64,000 nt of DNA, taken from the NCBI GenBank assembly GCA_965203175.1, contig OZ241867.1, positions 1,888,001 to 1,952,000 on the forward strand, written 5' to 3'. Made by a program: the position numbers and the translations under genes. The DNA is from Candidatus Latescibacterota bacterium (GTDB taxonomy: Bacteria; Latescibacterota; UBA2968; UBA8231). This document shows, one piece after another, positions 50,093 to 58,615 of the stretch. How positions within the stretch are numbered: position 1 is the first letter of the stretch; each line of letters starts with the position of its first letter. Under the pieces are notes generated by a model. That model made no database searches, had not been told where the DNA came from, and worked only from the letters and a program-made list of their open reading frames with translations.

Positions 50093-51034
50093 CTACGGTT
50101 TCTGAGCTCCGTTCGTCTCGACGTACACCGAGAACAGCGACTGCGAACAGGTTATGAACAGCCGGTTCTTTTTCGCGCCGCCAAAGCAGAGGTTGGCGCA
50201 GGGCGCTGGCAGGTGGATCTTGCCGATCAAGGTGCCGTCGGGAGCAAAGCAGTGTACGCCGTCGTAGCCCTCGCCCCCCCAGCAGGCCCCCGACCACAGG
50301 TTGCCATCCACATCAGTGCGGACCCCGTCCGACGAGCCAATCCCCATGTCCGCGAACACGCGCCCGTTTGCGAGGCAGTCGCCGTGGACGTCGAACACGC
50401 GGATGTGGGTGGGGTATTCGGGGCCGTCGGAGCGTCCGGTATCGACGATGTAGAGCAGAGACTCGTCCGGGCTGAAGCAGAGGCCGTTGGGCCGCTGGAA
50501 ATCCCCGGCCACCACCGTCGCTTCCCCTGTGTTCGGATCGAGACGGTACACATTAGCGGCATTCTCAAACTCGTCCCGATGTCCCTCGTAGTCCATCAGA
50601 ATGCCGTAACCGGGGTCCGTGAACCAGATCGATCCATCCGACTTTACCACGATGTCGTTGGGGGCATTCAACGGCTTGCTCTCGAATTGGTCCATCAACA
50701 CAGTGATCGAACCGTCGTATTCCGTCCGCGTGACGCGGCGCGCGTCGTGTTCGCACGACAGCAATCGCCCTTGGAGATCTCGCGTGTTGCCGTTGGTGTT
50801 GTTCGATGGCTTGCGAAAGATCGAGACCTCCCCGGTCTCTTCTTCCCACTTGAGAATGCGGTTGTTGGGGATGTCGCTGAACAGTAGATAGCGGCCGTCG
50901 CCAAACCACACAGGGCCTTCGAGCCAGCGGCCGCCGGTCCAGAGCATTTCAAGGGCGGCATTGGCCAGCTTGTACTTGGCGAAGCGCTCGTCGAGCACTT
51001 CGATGCGGCGGTCTGGATACCTCACAAGTTCCAT
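50093..51034 (-). CDS. SMP-30/gluconolactonase family protein
   Basis: EGPVW, SDIPNN, PND, FTDP.YG, PNGLCFSPDE, DG..D.DGNLW. Confidence 0.92.
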   Translation of the reverse strand: MELVRYPDRRIEVLDERFAKYKLANAALEMLWTGGRWLEGPVWFGDGRYLLFSDIPNNRILKWEEETGEVSIFRKPSNNTNGNTRDLQGRLLSCEHDARRVTRTEYDGSITVLMDQFESKPLNAPNDIVVKSDGSIWFTDPGYGILMDYEGHRDEFENAANVYRLDPNTGEATVVAGDFQRPNGLCFSPDESLLYIVDTGRSDGPEYPTHIRVFDVHGDCLANGRVFADMGIGSSDGVRTDVDGNLWSGACWGGEGYDGVHCFAPDGTLIGKIHLPAPCANLCFGGAKKNRLFITCSQSLFSVYVETNGAQKP

Positions 51035-51268
51035 ATCATCTTCCTGGTCAAATTAACGGATTGCGGCGGATTGCTGATGAAAGTTCTGGTTTTGTCCAGC
51101 CGCAAGCAAGGTTTTGAGTAAAAGCGCCCAAATGGCTTGATTCCTGCACAAATGAACACTATCTTTTTGTTCAGGTATTAAGCCCCACAACCATGGGTCG
51201 GATCGGTCCGCAGTCCACATTCACTATGAAAGTGGGGTTTGAACTAGTTCCCCCGAAAGGAGACCACT

Positions 51269-52147
51269 GTGGAGTCTATTCTGTTGGATCTGCACATCGC
51301 TGTCGGAGTGACCGTTTTACTGGCCATCGTCTTTTTGCTCAACTTCCTGTCCAGTCGTCGTCGTTTGGGCTGGCTTCACCTCTTCTGGCGCACGGTCGGT
51401 ATCGGCATGCTCGTCCTGCTAGTGGCCTTGGTGTCGCTCCCGGAAATTACGGCCAGCGCACAGGTAGCCCCATCGGACCCGGGCGCGTCCCAAGATAGTA
51501 GCGTGGCCACTGATCCGGCGATCTCTAGGCTGTCCAATCTGCCCACCGCTATGAATATGGGCGACGCCGACCGCGTGAGACAGCTAACCAAAGAAGGCCG
51601 ATGGCACATAATCGAGGGAGATAGCGCCGATCTTTTCGACGGCGAAACTCTGAAGGGGTGGTGGGCGCTATCCGACCAGTGGACGGTTCAGGATGGACAG
51701 ATCATATGCCCTACCTCCGAGCGAATACATTTCGCGATCTCGGAAATCGTCATCGACGAGCCGTTTCAACTCCGCTACGAGGTATCCCCCCTAGAGCGGT
51801 CACACGGAGACGGCAAGATGGTGGGGTTCGTGGATGCCGCCGGTTACAACATGCTAGTCGCCCTCGACGACGACGAGCCGCATACGATACAGATAGACAG
51901 CGGACGCAAATTCTTCGATGAGTCCGGAATTTACGGCCCTTGGCAGCGGGAAGTAGCTGCCGACCTCCAGATGCAGATTGGAAAATGGTACGACGTCGTC
52001 TGCACGGTGGATGGGTCCAATTTCACTGTCTCCGCCGGCGACGTGGAACTGAGCCATCCCTTTGAACCGGAGTTTCCGGTCTTCATCTGGCTCGAGGTCC
52101 AGCGCACGGGTGCAAAGTATCGAGGACTGCGGATTTCGAAACTGTAA
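51269..52147 (+). CDS. Membrane-anchored protein with DUF1080/ConA-like beta-sandwich domain
   Basis: Two N-terminal hydrophobic helices, LFDGETLKGW..W.VQDG.I motif. GTG start after AAGGAG. Confidence 0.6.
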   Translation: MESILLDLHIAVGVTVLLAIVFLLNFLSSRRRLGWLHLFWRTVGIGMLVLLVALVSLPEITASAQVAPSDPGASQDSSVATDPAISRLSNLPTAMNMGDADRVRQLTKEGRWHIIEGDSADLFDGETLKGWWALSDQWTVQDGQIICPTSERIHFAISEIVIDEPFQLRYEVSPLERSHGDGKMVGFVDAAGYNMLVALDDDEPHTIQIDSGRKFFDESGIYGPWQREVAADLQMQIGKWYDVVCTVDGSNFTVSAGDVELSHPFEPEFPVFIWLEVQRTGAKYRGLRISKL

Positions 52148-52157
52148 GGAGATCGCT

Positions 52158-53336
52158 ATGACTACTCAGGTCATGCCCCTGAACATGGCCGACATGAGCG
52201 ACGAGAAGTTGGCAGACTTCTTCTTCGCCAAGGCCCTTACAGATGATGAACCAGAGGGCGAACCGCCCACGATTCCCAAGGAGAGATGGCGGCTAACTCC
52301 CACCGAGCTCGAGTTCATTCGGGCCGCGGCCTCGCCAGCGGAGCGCCAGCGAAAAGGTGGACGTACTATGGTCGACAGGTGGGCCGGGATTTGCGACATC
52401 GGCCACATGGCCGAATTGGTGCGGCGGGAACCTGCCTTACTGCAATCGGTGGGACCTCTACTCATCCGCGCCACGGTTGCAATGCGAGGATGCGCCCCAT
52501 CGACCAAGTTTCTGCTAGACCACGGCGTCCCAATGCTCGTCTCCGAGACGGGCTACAACTGTCTACACGAGGCCGCTTGGACCGGGACGTGCACCGAGAA
52601 TCTCCGCCATGTCTTCGAGTCCGGTGCCGCCGACGCTGCTGGGGTCTCGATCCTCAAACCCCACACGGGGTGGCCGGACAATATCTCACTCCTGTATTGG
52701 GCGGCAGCATCCCGCAACGGCGCAGACCTGACAAAGCTTTTGTTGCAATATGGTGCCGACCCGGAAGTGAAATTCAAGGGAAATGGCGAGCGCGGAAATA
52801 CCGCCCTGCAGGAGGCGGTTGCCCCCGGTGGCTCCGAATGGATTCGCGGGAAGCGCCAGACGGCACGCGTACTGATCGAGTGGGGCGCGCACTACGACGT
52901 GCTCTCCGCCTGCGCCTTGGACGACCTCGATCGCGTCCGCGAATGTGCAGCAGACTTAGACCTAGCCTCGTTTGCGGGAGAAGCGAATATGACGCCCCTG
53001 CATTGGGCCGCCCGAGCCGGGTCGCTCGCCTGTGCGGAATGGCTGCTCAAACGCGGTGCCGACGTCAACGCTGTGACGACGAGCAAACGCACACCCCTCC
53101 ACCTAGTTGCCGAAAGAGGAGAGGTTGATTCCATCTGGTTGCTGAGCGACTACGGCGCAGACTTAAATGCCCAAGACACCAAGGGCCGGACCCCATTGCA
53201 TCGCGCGACCTATGAAGGCCAAGTGGACTCGGCAGAAGTACTCATTGTACTTGGCGCCAGTACTCGAGTCCAAGGGAAATCGGGCAAGAATCCACTGGAG
53301 GTGGCACGCCTGGATTGCAAGTACCTGCGGTCGTAG
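52158..53336 (+). CDS. Ankyrin repeat protein
   Basis: TPLHWAA..G, TPLHLVA..G, GRTPLHRA, GADVNA/GADLNA. Start at ATG 52158. Confidence 0.9.
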   Translation: MTTQVMPLNMADMSDEKLADFFFAKALTDDEPEGEPPTIPKERWRLTPTELEFIRAAASPAERQRKGGRTMVDRWAGICDIGHMAELVRREPALLQSVGPLLIRATVAMRGCAPSTKFLLDHGVPMLVSETGYNCLHEAAWTGTCTENLRHVFESGAADAAGVSILKPHTGWPDNISLLYWAAASRNGADLTKLLLQYGADPEVKFKGNGERGNTALQEAVAPGGSEWIRGKRQTARVLIEWGAHYDVLSACALDDLDRVRECAADLDLASFAGEANMTPLHWAARAGSLACAEWLLKRGADVNAVTTSKRTPLHLVAERGEVDSIWLLSDYGADLNAQDTKGRTPLHRATYEGQVDSAEVLIVLGASTRVQGKSGKNPLEVARLDCKYLRS

Positions 53337-53355
53337 AAGATTGGACTAGAGACTA

Positions 53356-53396
53356 GTTCTCTCTACTCGGGGTGTAGGTGACCGAGTAGAGAGAAC
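53356..53396. terminator. 15-bp perfect stem-loop between convergent genes
   Basis: GTTCTCTCTACTCGG, 11-nt loop, CCGAGTAGAGAGAAC. Confidence 0.7.
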
Positions 53397-53406
53397 AATT
53401 CGGCTT

Positions 53407-54255
53407 CTAAACGCGGCGGAACTTCTGCACCCTATCGTGCAGGGTGGCTACTTCGCCGGTGTACAGCGAGCCTTCCTCATCTACCCAAATGCTGTGCGGA
53501 GAGTCGGCGAATTGTCCCGGAGCCGAGCCATCCTCGCCCCAGCGGGCTAGCAACTGCCCCTCTATGTCGAAGATGCTGACGCGCGACGGAGCCTCGACGA
53601 TGTACACTGTATTGTCCGGGGTAATGAAGAGATCCATGGGCATTACCAAGTCGGTCCACTCGTCCAAGTAGCGGCCCTCGGAGTCAAAGCGCTGGATGCG
53701 GTTGTTTTCGCGATCGACGGCCCAGACGCGCTCGTCGCGGTCCACCCACAAACTGTGGGGCAAGGCGAATTGACCCGGACCCGTGCCCGCAGATCCCCAC
53801 GAATGGACCAACTTTCCCGCGTCCGAAATGCGGTGGATGCGGTATTGGCCGTACCCGTCGGCCACGTACAAATCCCCAGAAGGGCCGCGCATGGCTTTGG
53901 TGGGCTGGTTAAAGGGCTGATCGGGCGCGCCCGGCACGCCCGGCGTACCCCACGTGTGGACCACTTCCCCCTGCGGATTGAAGCAGCGGATGGTGTGGTC
54001 GTCGGTGTCGGCTGCGTACACTTGGTCCTCGCCGTCAACCCACAGGAGGTGGGGATTTCTTAGCAGGTCGGCTCCCCAAGTGTCGATATAGGCCCCGTCG
54101 CGGTCGTAAACCAGCAGAGCGGGGGGGTGACGGCGGCCCACAAAGACCCGGCCCTGACTATCGGCAGCCACTCCGGGCACGACGCCGCCCATGGGACGGC
54201 CTTGGGGGCCTAAACCCCAGCGTTCGACGACTTCGTAATTATAGGTAGCGCTCAT
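53407..54255 (-). CDS. NHL-repeat peptidyl-alpha-hydroxyglycine alpha-amidating lyase (PAL)-family protein
   Basis: NPH, VADGY, LPH, DREN, SPH motifs in a six-bladed NHL propeller. Start at ATG 54255. Confidence 0.82.
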   Translation of the reverse strand: MSATYNYEVVERWGLGPQGRPMGGVVPGVAADSQGRVFVGRRHPPALLVYDRDGAYIDTWGADLLRNPHLLWVDGEDQVYAADTDDHTIRCFNPQGEVVHTWGTPGVPGAPDQPFNQPTKAMRGPSGDLYVADGYGQYRIHRISDAGKLVHSWGSAGTGPGQFALPHSLWVDRDERVWAVDRENNRIQRFDSEGRYLDEWTDLVMPMDLFITPDNTVYIVEAPSRVSIFDIEGQLLARWGEDGSAPGQFADSPHSIWVDEEGSLYTGEVATLHDRVQKFRRV

Positions 54256-54383
54256 GGCATTCCTCGCGGTTAGAGGGCAAATGTCAATGTATATTGGCAA
54301 TATGGACGGCGGCCTGCAATAGGCACGGAGTAGCTTTGACCGTATAATCTAAGCGCAAACAAAAACGCAGCGGAGGAGGGAGC

Positions 54384-55190
54384 ATGAAACTAACAGACGA
54401 TCATTTCCAGACTTTTGTAGAACAGGGTTTTGTCGTAGTAGAAGATTTCTATCCAGAGGAACGCCGGGCTCAGATCGCCGAGGGCATCCGCCGGACCCTT
54501 CCTCCTTGGGAAGTGATCGCCGCCGATCCGCCCGAAAGGCGGCTCTTAAGGGACGACTTTCCCTACGCCGATATGCTCTTCAATGAATTCATCCTCGACT
54601 GGGACCTCATCGCGTTCGTCCAACGGGTGCTCGACACCGAGGACATCTTCTTCCGCTACGCCCACAACTGGGCGCGCTACCCCGACCCCGGAGCCGAGCA
54701 GCCGAGGCTGCACATCGACAATGGCAACAACTCGCTCCTGCCGCCCACATCCGACCGGCGCTACGGGCAGATCAGCACCTGGTACTTCCCCGAAGCCGTG
54801 GACGAAAACCAAGCGCCGATGCAGATCGTGCCCAAGCCCTATGGCCAGGATTTGAGCAAGCGGGTTTTGCTGACCGTACCGGCGGGCACGATCATGATCT
54901 TCAACACCCACCTCTGGCACTCGGCGACCGTGTTCAAGGGCCGCGAAGGGCAGCGCTATTCCGCCACCCGGATCTACGGCCGCGCCGACCACTACTGGGA
55001 GGGCGTGAGCAGCTTTACCAACCGAGGGATGCAAGATCACTTCCGGGCCTTTATCGGCCGGCTTTCGGCGCGCGAACGAGCACTTTTCCGCTTTCCACCC
55101 CCCGGCCACGAATACTACACCCAAGAGACGCTGGCCCGCCTCGAAGAGCAGTATCCGGGCTGGAATGCGCGAGGAGAGTACAACCTATGA
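54384..55190 (+). CDS. PhyH-family Fe(II)/2OG dioxygenase
   Basis: F.EQGF, LHID, PAGT.MIF..LWHSAT...R. GGAGG RBS. Confidence 0.82.
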   Translation: MKLTDDHFQTFVEQGFVVVEDFYPEERRAQIAEGIRRTLPPWEVIAADPPERRLLRDDFPYADMLFNEFILDWDLIAFVQRVLDTEDIFFRYAHNWARYPDPGAEQPRLHIDNGNNSLLPPTSDRRYGQISTWYFPEAVDENQAPMQIVPKPYGQDLSKRVLLTVPAGTIMIFNTHLWHSATVFKGREGQRYSATRIYGRADHYWEGVSSFTNRGMQDHFRAFIGRLSARERALFRFPPPGHEYYTQETLARLEEQYPGWNARGEYNL

Positions 55191-56269
55191 GCGACGAGAG
55201 CCCCGATCTCCCTACTGCGGATATCACTGCACTGCGCACCGTAGTCCGCGACGGCTGGTACAACGCCTTTACGGATCTGGCCCTGTGGAAGGATATGTAC
55301 TGGCTGTGCTACCGGCGCGGCACCAGCCATGTGGCCGGCAACAGCGTTGAGGTCGTCCTCCGCTCCGACGATCTGCGGCGGTGGCATCCGGTAATCGACT
55401 TTGAATCGCCCGCTGGCGTCGCCGATGGCTGCGCTGCTGCAGACGGGCACTTTTGTATCACGCCGGATCGATTGTATCTCTTCATTGGCACGCGCAACCC
55501 GATCCATTCTTACGTCTCTTGGACCGACGACGGTGTCCACTGGTCGCAGCCCGCACTGCTCTCCCTCGGCGACGACCATCCCTACACTTGGCGGGTACGC
55601 TGGCGCGAGGGGCTGTTCTACTCGGCCATTTGCCACCTCCACCACGAGGAGCGGCCCTTTGAGTTGATCGTCTCCGAGGACGGCGTCCACTGGACCCAAC
55701 GGGCCGAAATTGTCACCCGCGCCGAACTGCCGGAGTTCACTGAAGAGTCGGAACTCTACTGGCGGCCCGATGGCGAATTGTGGTGCATCGTTCGCGCCAA
55801 CAACGCCTCGATGTACTGGTCTCGACCGCCCTATACGGCATGGGAAGGAGGCGACTTGCGGGTCAAATGCGATGCACCGGTAATTTGCAGGACTGCCGAC
55901 AGGGAGTACCTAGCTGGCCGCGTCCGTCTTCCCAGCGCAGAGTCCGGCGGCGATCCGACCCAGTTCCAAGGCGGCGAATGGGGAGGCGTCGGCAACGGCA
56001 CCACGGGTCTCTACTACCTCACCAAGGGCAAGGCCGAACTGATCCGCTACTTCTCGCAGGGTGGCGATGCCTCTTATCCAGGCCTAGTCTCCCCCGAGCC
56101 CGGCAAGCTAGTGATCTCGTATTACTCCGACGTTGCGTACTGGACGGGTTTGGTCAAACCCCAGCATTTTGCCGAGTTCCGCTACAAATCCTCGGAAAGC
56201 GATATCTACTTGGCCGAAATCGAGGTGCCGAAGATTTCCGATGCGCCCCAAGCGGAGGACACCAACTGA
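55187..56269 (+). CDS. BNR/sialidase-like beta-propeller protein
   Basis: YNAFTDL, SDDLRRW, TDDGVHW, SEDGVHW, GGDASYPG, ISYYS. ATGA overlap with the upstream phyH. Confidence 0.65.
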   Translation: MSDESPDLPTADITALRTVVRDGWYNAFTDLALWKDMYWLCYRRGTSHVAGNSVEVVLRSDDLRRWHPVIDFESPAGVADGCAAADGHFCITPDRLYLFIGTRNPIHSYVSWTDDGVHWSQPALLSLGDDHPYTWRVRWREGLFYSAICHLHHEERPFELIVSEDGVHWTQRAEIVTRAELPEFTEESELYWRPDGELWCIVRANNASMYWSRPPYTAWEGGDLRVKCDAPVICRTADREYLAGRVRLPSAESGGDPTQFQGGEWGGVGNGTTGLYYLTKGKAELIRYFSQGGDASYPGLVSPEPGKLVISYYSDVAYWTGLVKPQHFAEFRYKSSESDIYLAEIEVPKISDAPQAEDTN

Positions 56270-56287
56270 GCAAAGCTCCTAGCCCCA

Positions 56288-56689
56288 TCACTCCGCCACG
56301 TGGCTGAGGACGAGATCGCGCAAAGTCACCATGCCGAGTGGGTGGCGCTCGTAGTCGACGACCACGGCGCGGGAAAGTTCAAAGCGCACGAGCAAGCGCA
56401 CCGCGTAGCGGGCGAGCATGGCCGACGGCAGGGTCAACACCGGTTTTGACATAATTTCGTACACGTTGACGCGTTCGGGTGCGCGGTTTTGGGCGATCAC
56501 CTCGCGGGCGATGTCCGCGACCACGAGCAAGCCGAACTCGTCGTCGTCGTCGCGCCGGTCGACGGCGAGCGAACTGACCTCGTACTGCTTCATGAGTGCC
56601 ATGGCCTCGGCCACGGTCGCAAGCCTGTCGATAGTGTAGAGTTTGGAGCCCATGACGTCTCCGACCCGGATGGTGCGTTTCTCGCTCAT
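56288..56689 (-). CDS. Stand-alone CBS-pair protein
   Basis: VGDVM, TVAEA..M, V.EIMSKPV, GMVT.RDL. Confidence 0.9.
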   Translation of the reverse strand: MSEKRTIRVGDVMGSKLYTIDRLATVAEAMALMKQYEVSSLAVDRRDDDDEFGLLVVADIAREVIAQNRAPERVNVYEIMSKPVLTLPSAMLARYAVRLLVRFELSRAVVVDYERHPLGMVTLRDLVLSHVAE

Positions 56690-57036
56690 ATTTCGTCGTC
56701 CACTTCTTCGAGGATGGTGGGGAGTTGGGTGGTGAGACCGACGGCGTCCTCAATCGGGATCTGAAAGGCAATGCCAGCGCCGGGCTCTTGCTCAAAGCGT
56801 CCGGCATCGCGAATGCGCTCCAAAATGTCGCGCGCCCGCGTCTCGACCACCAAGAACAGAACAACATCGCGTTGGGCCGCCAAGTCGAGACCGAAAAAGG
56901 TCTTCTGTGGTTTCAGCCCTTCGCCGCGCACGCCAGTAATAATTGTCGCACCGGTCGCACCGCCGGAGCGCGCAGCATCGACCACAGTATCGGTCTTGTC
57001 GTTGCTGACCAAGGCGACGATCAGTTTCAGTTTCAT
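56686..57036 (-). CDS. P-II-like family protein (non-canonical)
   Basis: KLIVALV, GATGATI...RGEG, PGAGIAF.IP.EDAVG. Confidence 0.85.
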   Translation of the reverse strand: MKLKLIVALVSNDKTDTVVDAARSGGATGATIITGVRGEGLKPQKTFFGLDLAAQRDVVLFLVVETRARDILERIRDAGRFEQEPGAGIAFQIPIEDAVGLTTQLPTILEEVDDEI

Positions 57037-57039
57037 GGC

Positions 57040-57879
57040 TCAAGTCTCCTCGGTGCTGTCCGGCCTCAGTATTGGGGCCGCGCTGTCCGGCCTCAGTGTT
57101 GGGACCGCATGGTTGGCGTTCCGCCGGCGACTCATCCAGGACACCACCATAGCATAGCCCAGAACGGACATGATGGGAAAGACGCTGGCGAACGCGATGA
57201 GGCCAAATCCGTCGATCAGCGGGCTGCGCCCAGGAACCGTGGCGGCGAGTCCCAAGCCCAGCGCGGCGACCACTGGCACTGTGACGGTGGATGTGGTGAC
57301 GCCGCCGCTGTCGTAGGCGAGCGGCACAATGGTCCGGCTCGACCGGAAGGTCTGGGCGATCACCACTAAGTATGCGGCAATGATGTACCACGGCAGGGGC
57401 GTACCCGTGACAATGCGAAAGCAACCCAGCGCCACCCCCGCGGCCACCCCGACCGCCACGGCGATTCTGAGGCCCCAGGCGTTGATCGCGCCGCCCGAGA
57501 TCTCCTCGGCCTTGAGCGCGACCGCAATGAGCGAGGGCTCGGCCACTGTCGTCGCAAAGCCGATCGCCGCGGCAAAGGCGTAAACCAGCAGGTAGTCGTA
57601 CCAGTCGACGCCGTCGGCCAGGCTCGCCTGCCCAATGGTCTCGGGCGCAGTGAGTTGGCGCGCCATGGTCTCGCCGATGGGGAAGAGCGCCTCCTCCAAG
57701 CCAATGAGGAAGAGCGTGAGTCCCAACAGGACGAGGACAAACCCGGCCGCGATCCGGCGCAGGTTCGGCAGGTTGCGGCGCAGCACCACAACTTGGAACA
57801 GAACGAGGACGCCGACAATGGGCACCACATCGAGCGCGGTGGAAAACGCGGTGCTGGCAATAGTGCGCAGAAATTCCAC
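57040..57879 (-). CDS. DUF1538 family membrane protein
   Basis: [33 protein letters not shown]. Confidence 0.87.
   Translation of the reverse strand: MEFLRTIASTAFSTALDVVPIVGVLVLFQVVVLRRNLPNLRRIAAGFVLVLLGLTLFLIGLEEALFPIGETMARQLTAPETIGQASLADGVDWYDYLLVYAFAAAIGFATTVAEPSLIAVALKAEEISGGAINAWGLRIAVAVGVAAGVALGCFRIVTGTPLPWYIIAAYLVVIAQTFRSSRTIVPLAYDSGGVTTSTVTVPVVAALGLGLAATVPGRSPLIDGFGLIAFASVFPIMSVLGYAMVVSWMSRRRNANHAVPTLRPDSAAPILRPDSTEET
57055..57108 (-). repeat. Tandem 2 x 27-bp repeat inside the DUF1538 3' end
   Basis: 57055-57081 and 57082-57108 (2 mismatches), encoding AVPTLRPDS-AAPILRPDS. Same element as 26391-26417. Confidence 0.9.
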
Positions 57880-57880
57880 C

Positions 57881-58615
57881 TCAGATCACCATGCCATAGG
57901 CCAGTACGAAGATCATGGGCGTCAGGCTGGCAAACGCGATGAGCCCAAAACCGTCGACCATTGGGTTGCGCCCCCGGATTGACGTGGCGAGCCCAACGCC
58001 CAACGCGGTGACGAGCGGCACTGTGATCGTGCTGGTGGTGACGCCGCCGGAATCGTAGGCTACGCCAATGATCTCTGCGGGCGCAAACGCGGTCATTGCG
58101 GTCACCAGCACATAGCCCCCGATGATCAGCCGGTGGATCGGCCAGCCCTTGAGGATGCGCAGCACGCCGAGCACGATCGCCATGCCGACCGAGACCGCCA
58201 CCACCATGCGCAACTCAAAGGCGTACGCAGCGCGCACCTCATCGTCGTTGGCAATGGCACCGGCTTCCGCGGCGACTTCGGCCGCCTCTGCAGCAACGGC
58301 GATCAGGGCCGGTTCCGCAACCGTGGTACCAAAACCCAAGCAAAAGGCAAAGGCCAACAGCGCGGTCGCGCTCCCCTTGCGCGCAAAGGCCTGCGCAATG
58401 GCCTCGCCGAGGGGAAAGAGACCGCTTTCGAGCCCTTGGATGAAGAGCGTCAGGCCGGCGACCACGCAGACCAAACCAACGGCGACGCGCCCTAAGTTCG
58501 GAAAGGGCTGCTGTAACACCACGAGTTGAAAGAACGCGATGACGATGATGATGGGTGCCAAATCGCGCAGCGCATCGACGATCCGCCGCAATATCGCGCC
58601 CAAAGCTCTAATCAC
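57881..58615 (-). CDS. DUF1538 family membrane protein
   Basis: [40 protein letters not shown] overlap with the receptor stop. Confidence 0.87.
   Translation of the reverse strand: MIRALGAILRRIVDALRDLAPIIIVIAFFQLVVLQQPFPNLGRVAVGLVCVVAGLTLFIQGLESGLFPLGEAIAQAFARKGSATALLAFAFCLGFGTTVAEPALIAVAAEAAEVAAEAGAIANDDEVRAAYAFELRMVVAVSVGMAIVLGVLRILKGWPIHRLIIGGYVLVTAMTAFAPAEIIGVAYDSGGVTTSTITVPLVTALGVGLATSIRGRNPMVDGFGLIAFASLTPMIFVLAYGMVI

Noticed and set aside
57055-57108. 27-bp repeats as a CRISPR array
   Set aside because: The copies are directly adjacent with no spacer and lie inside a CDS.
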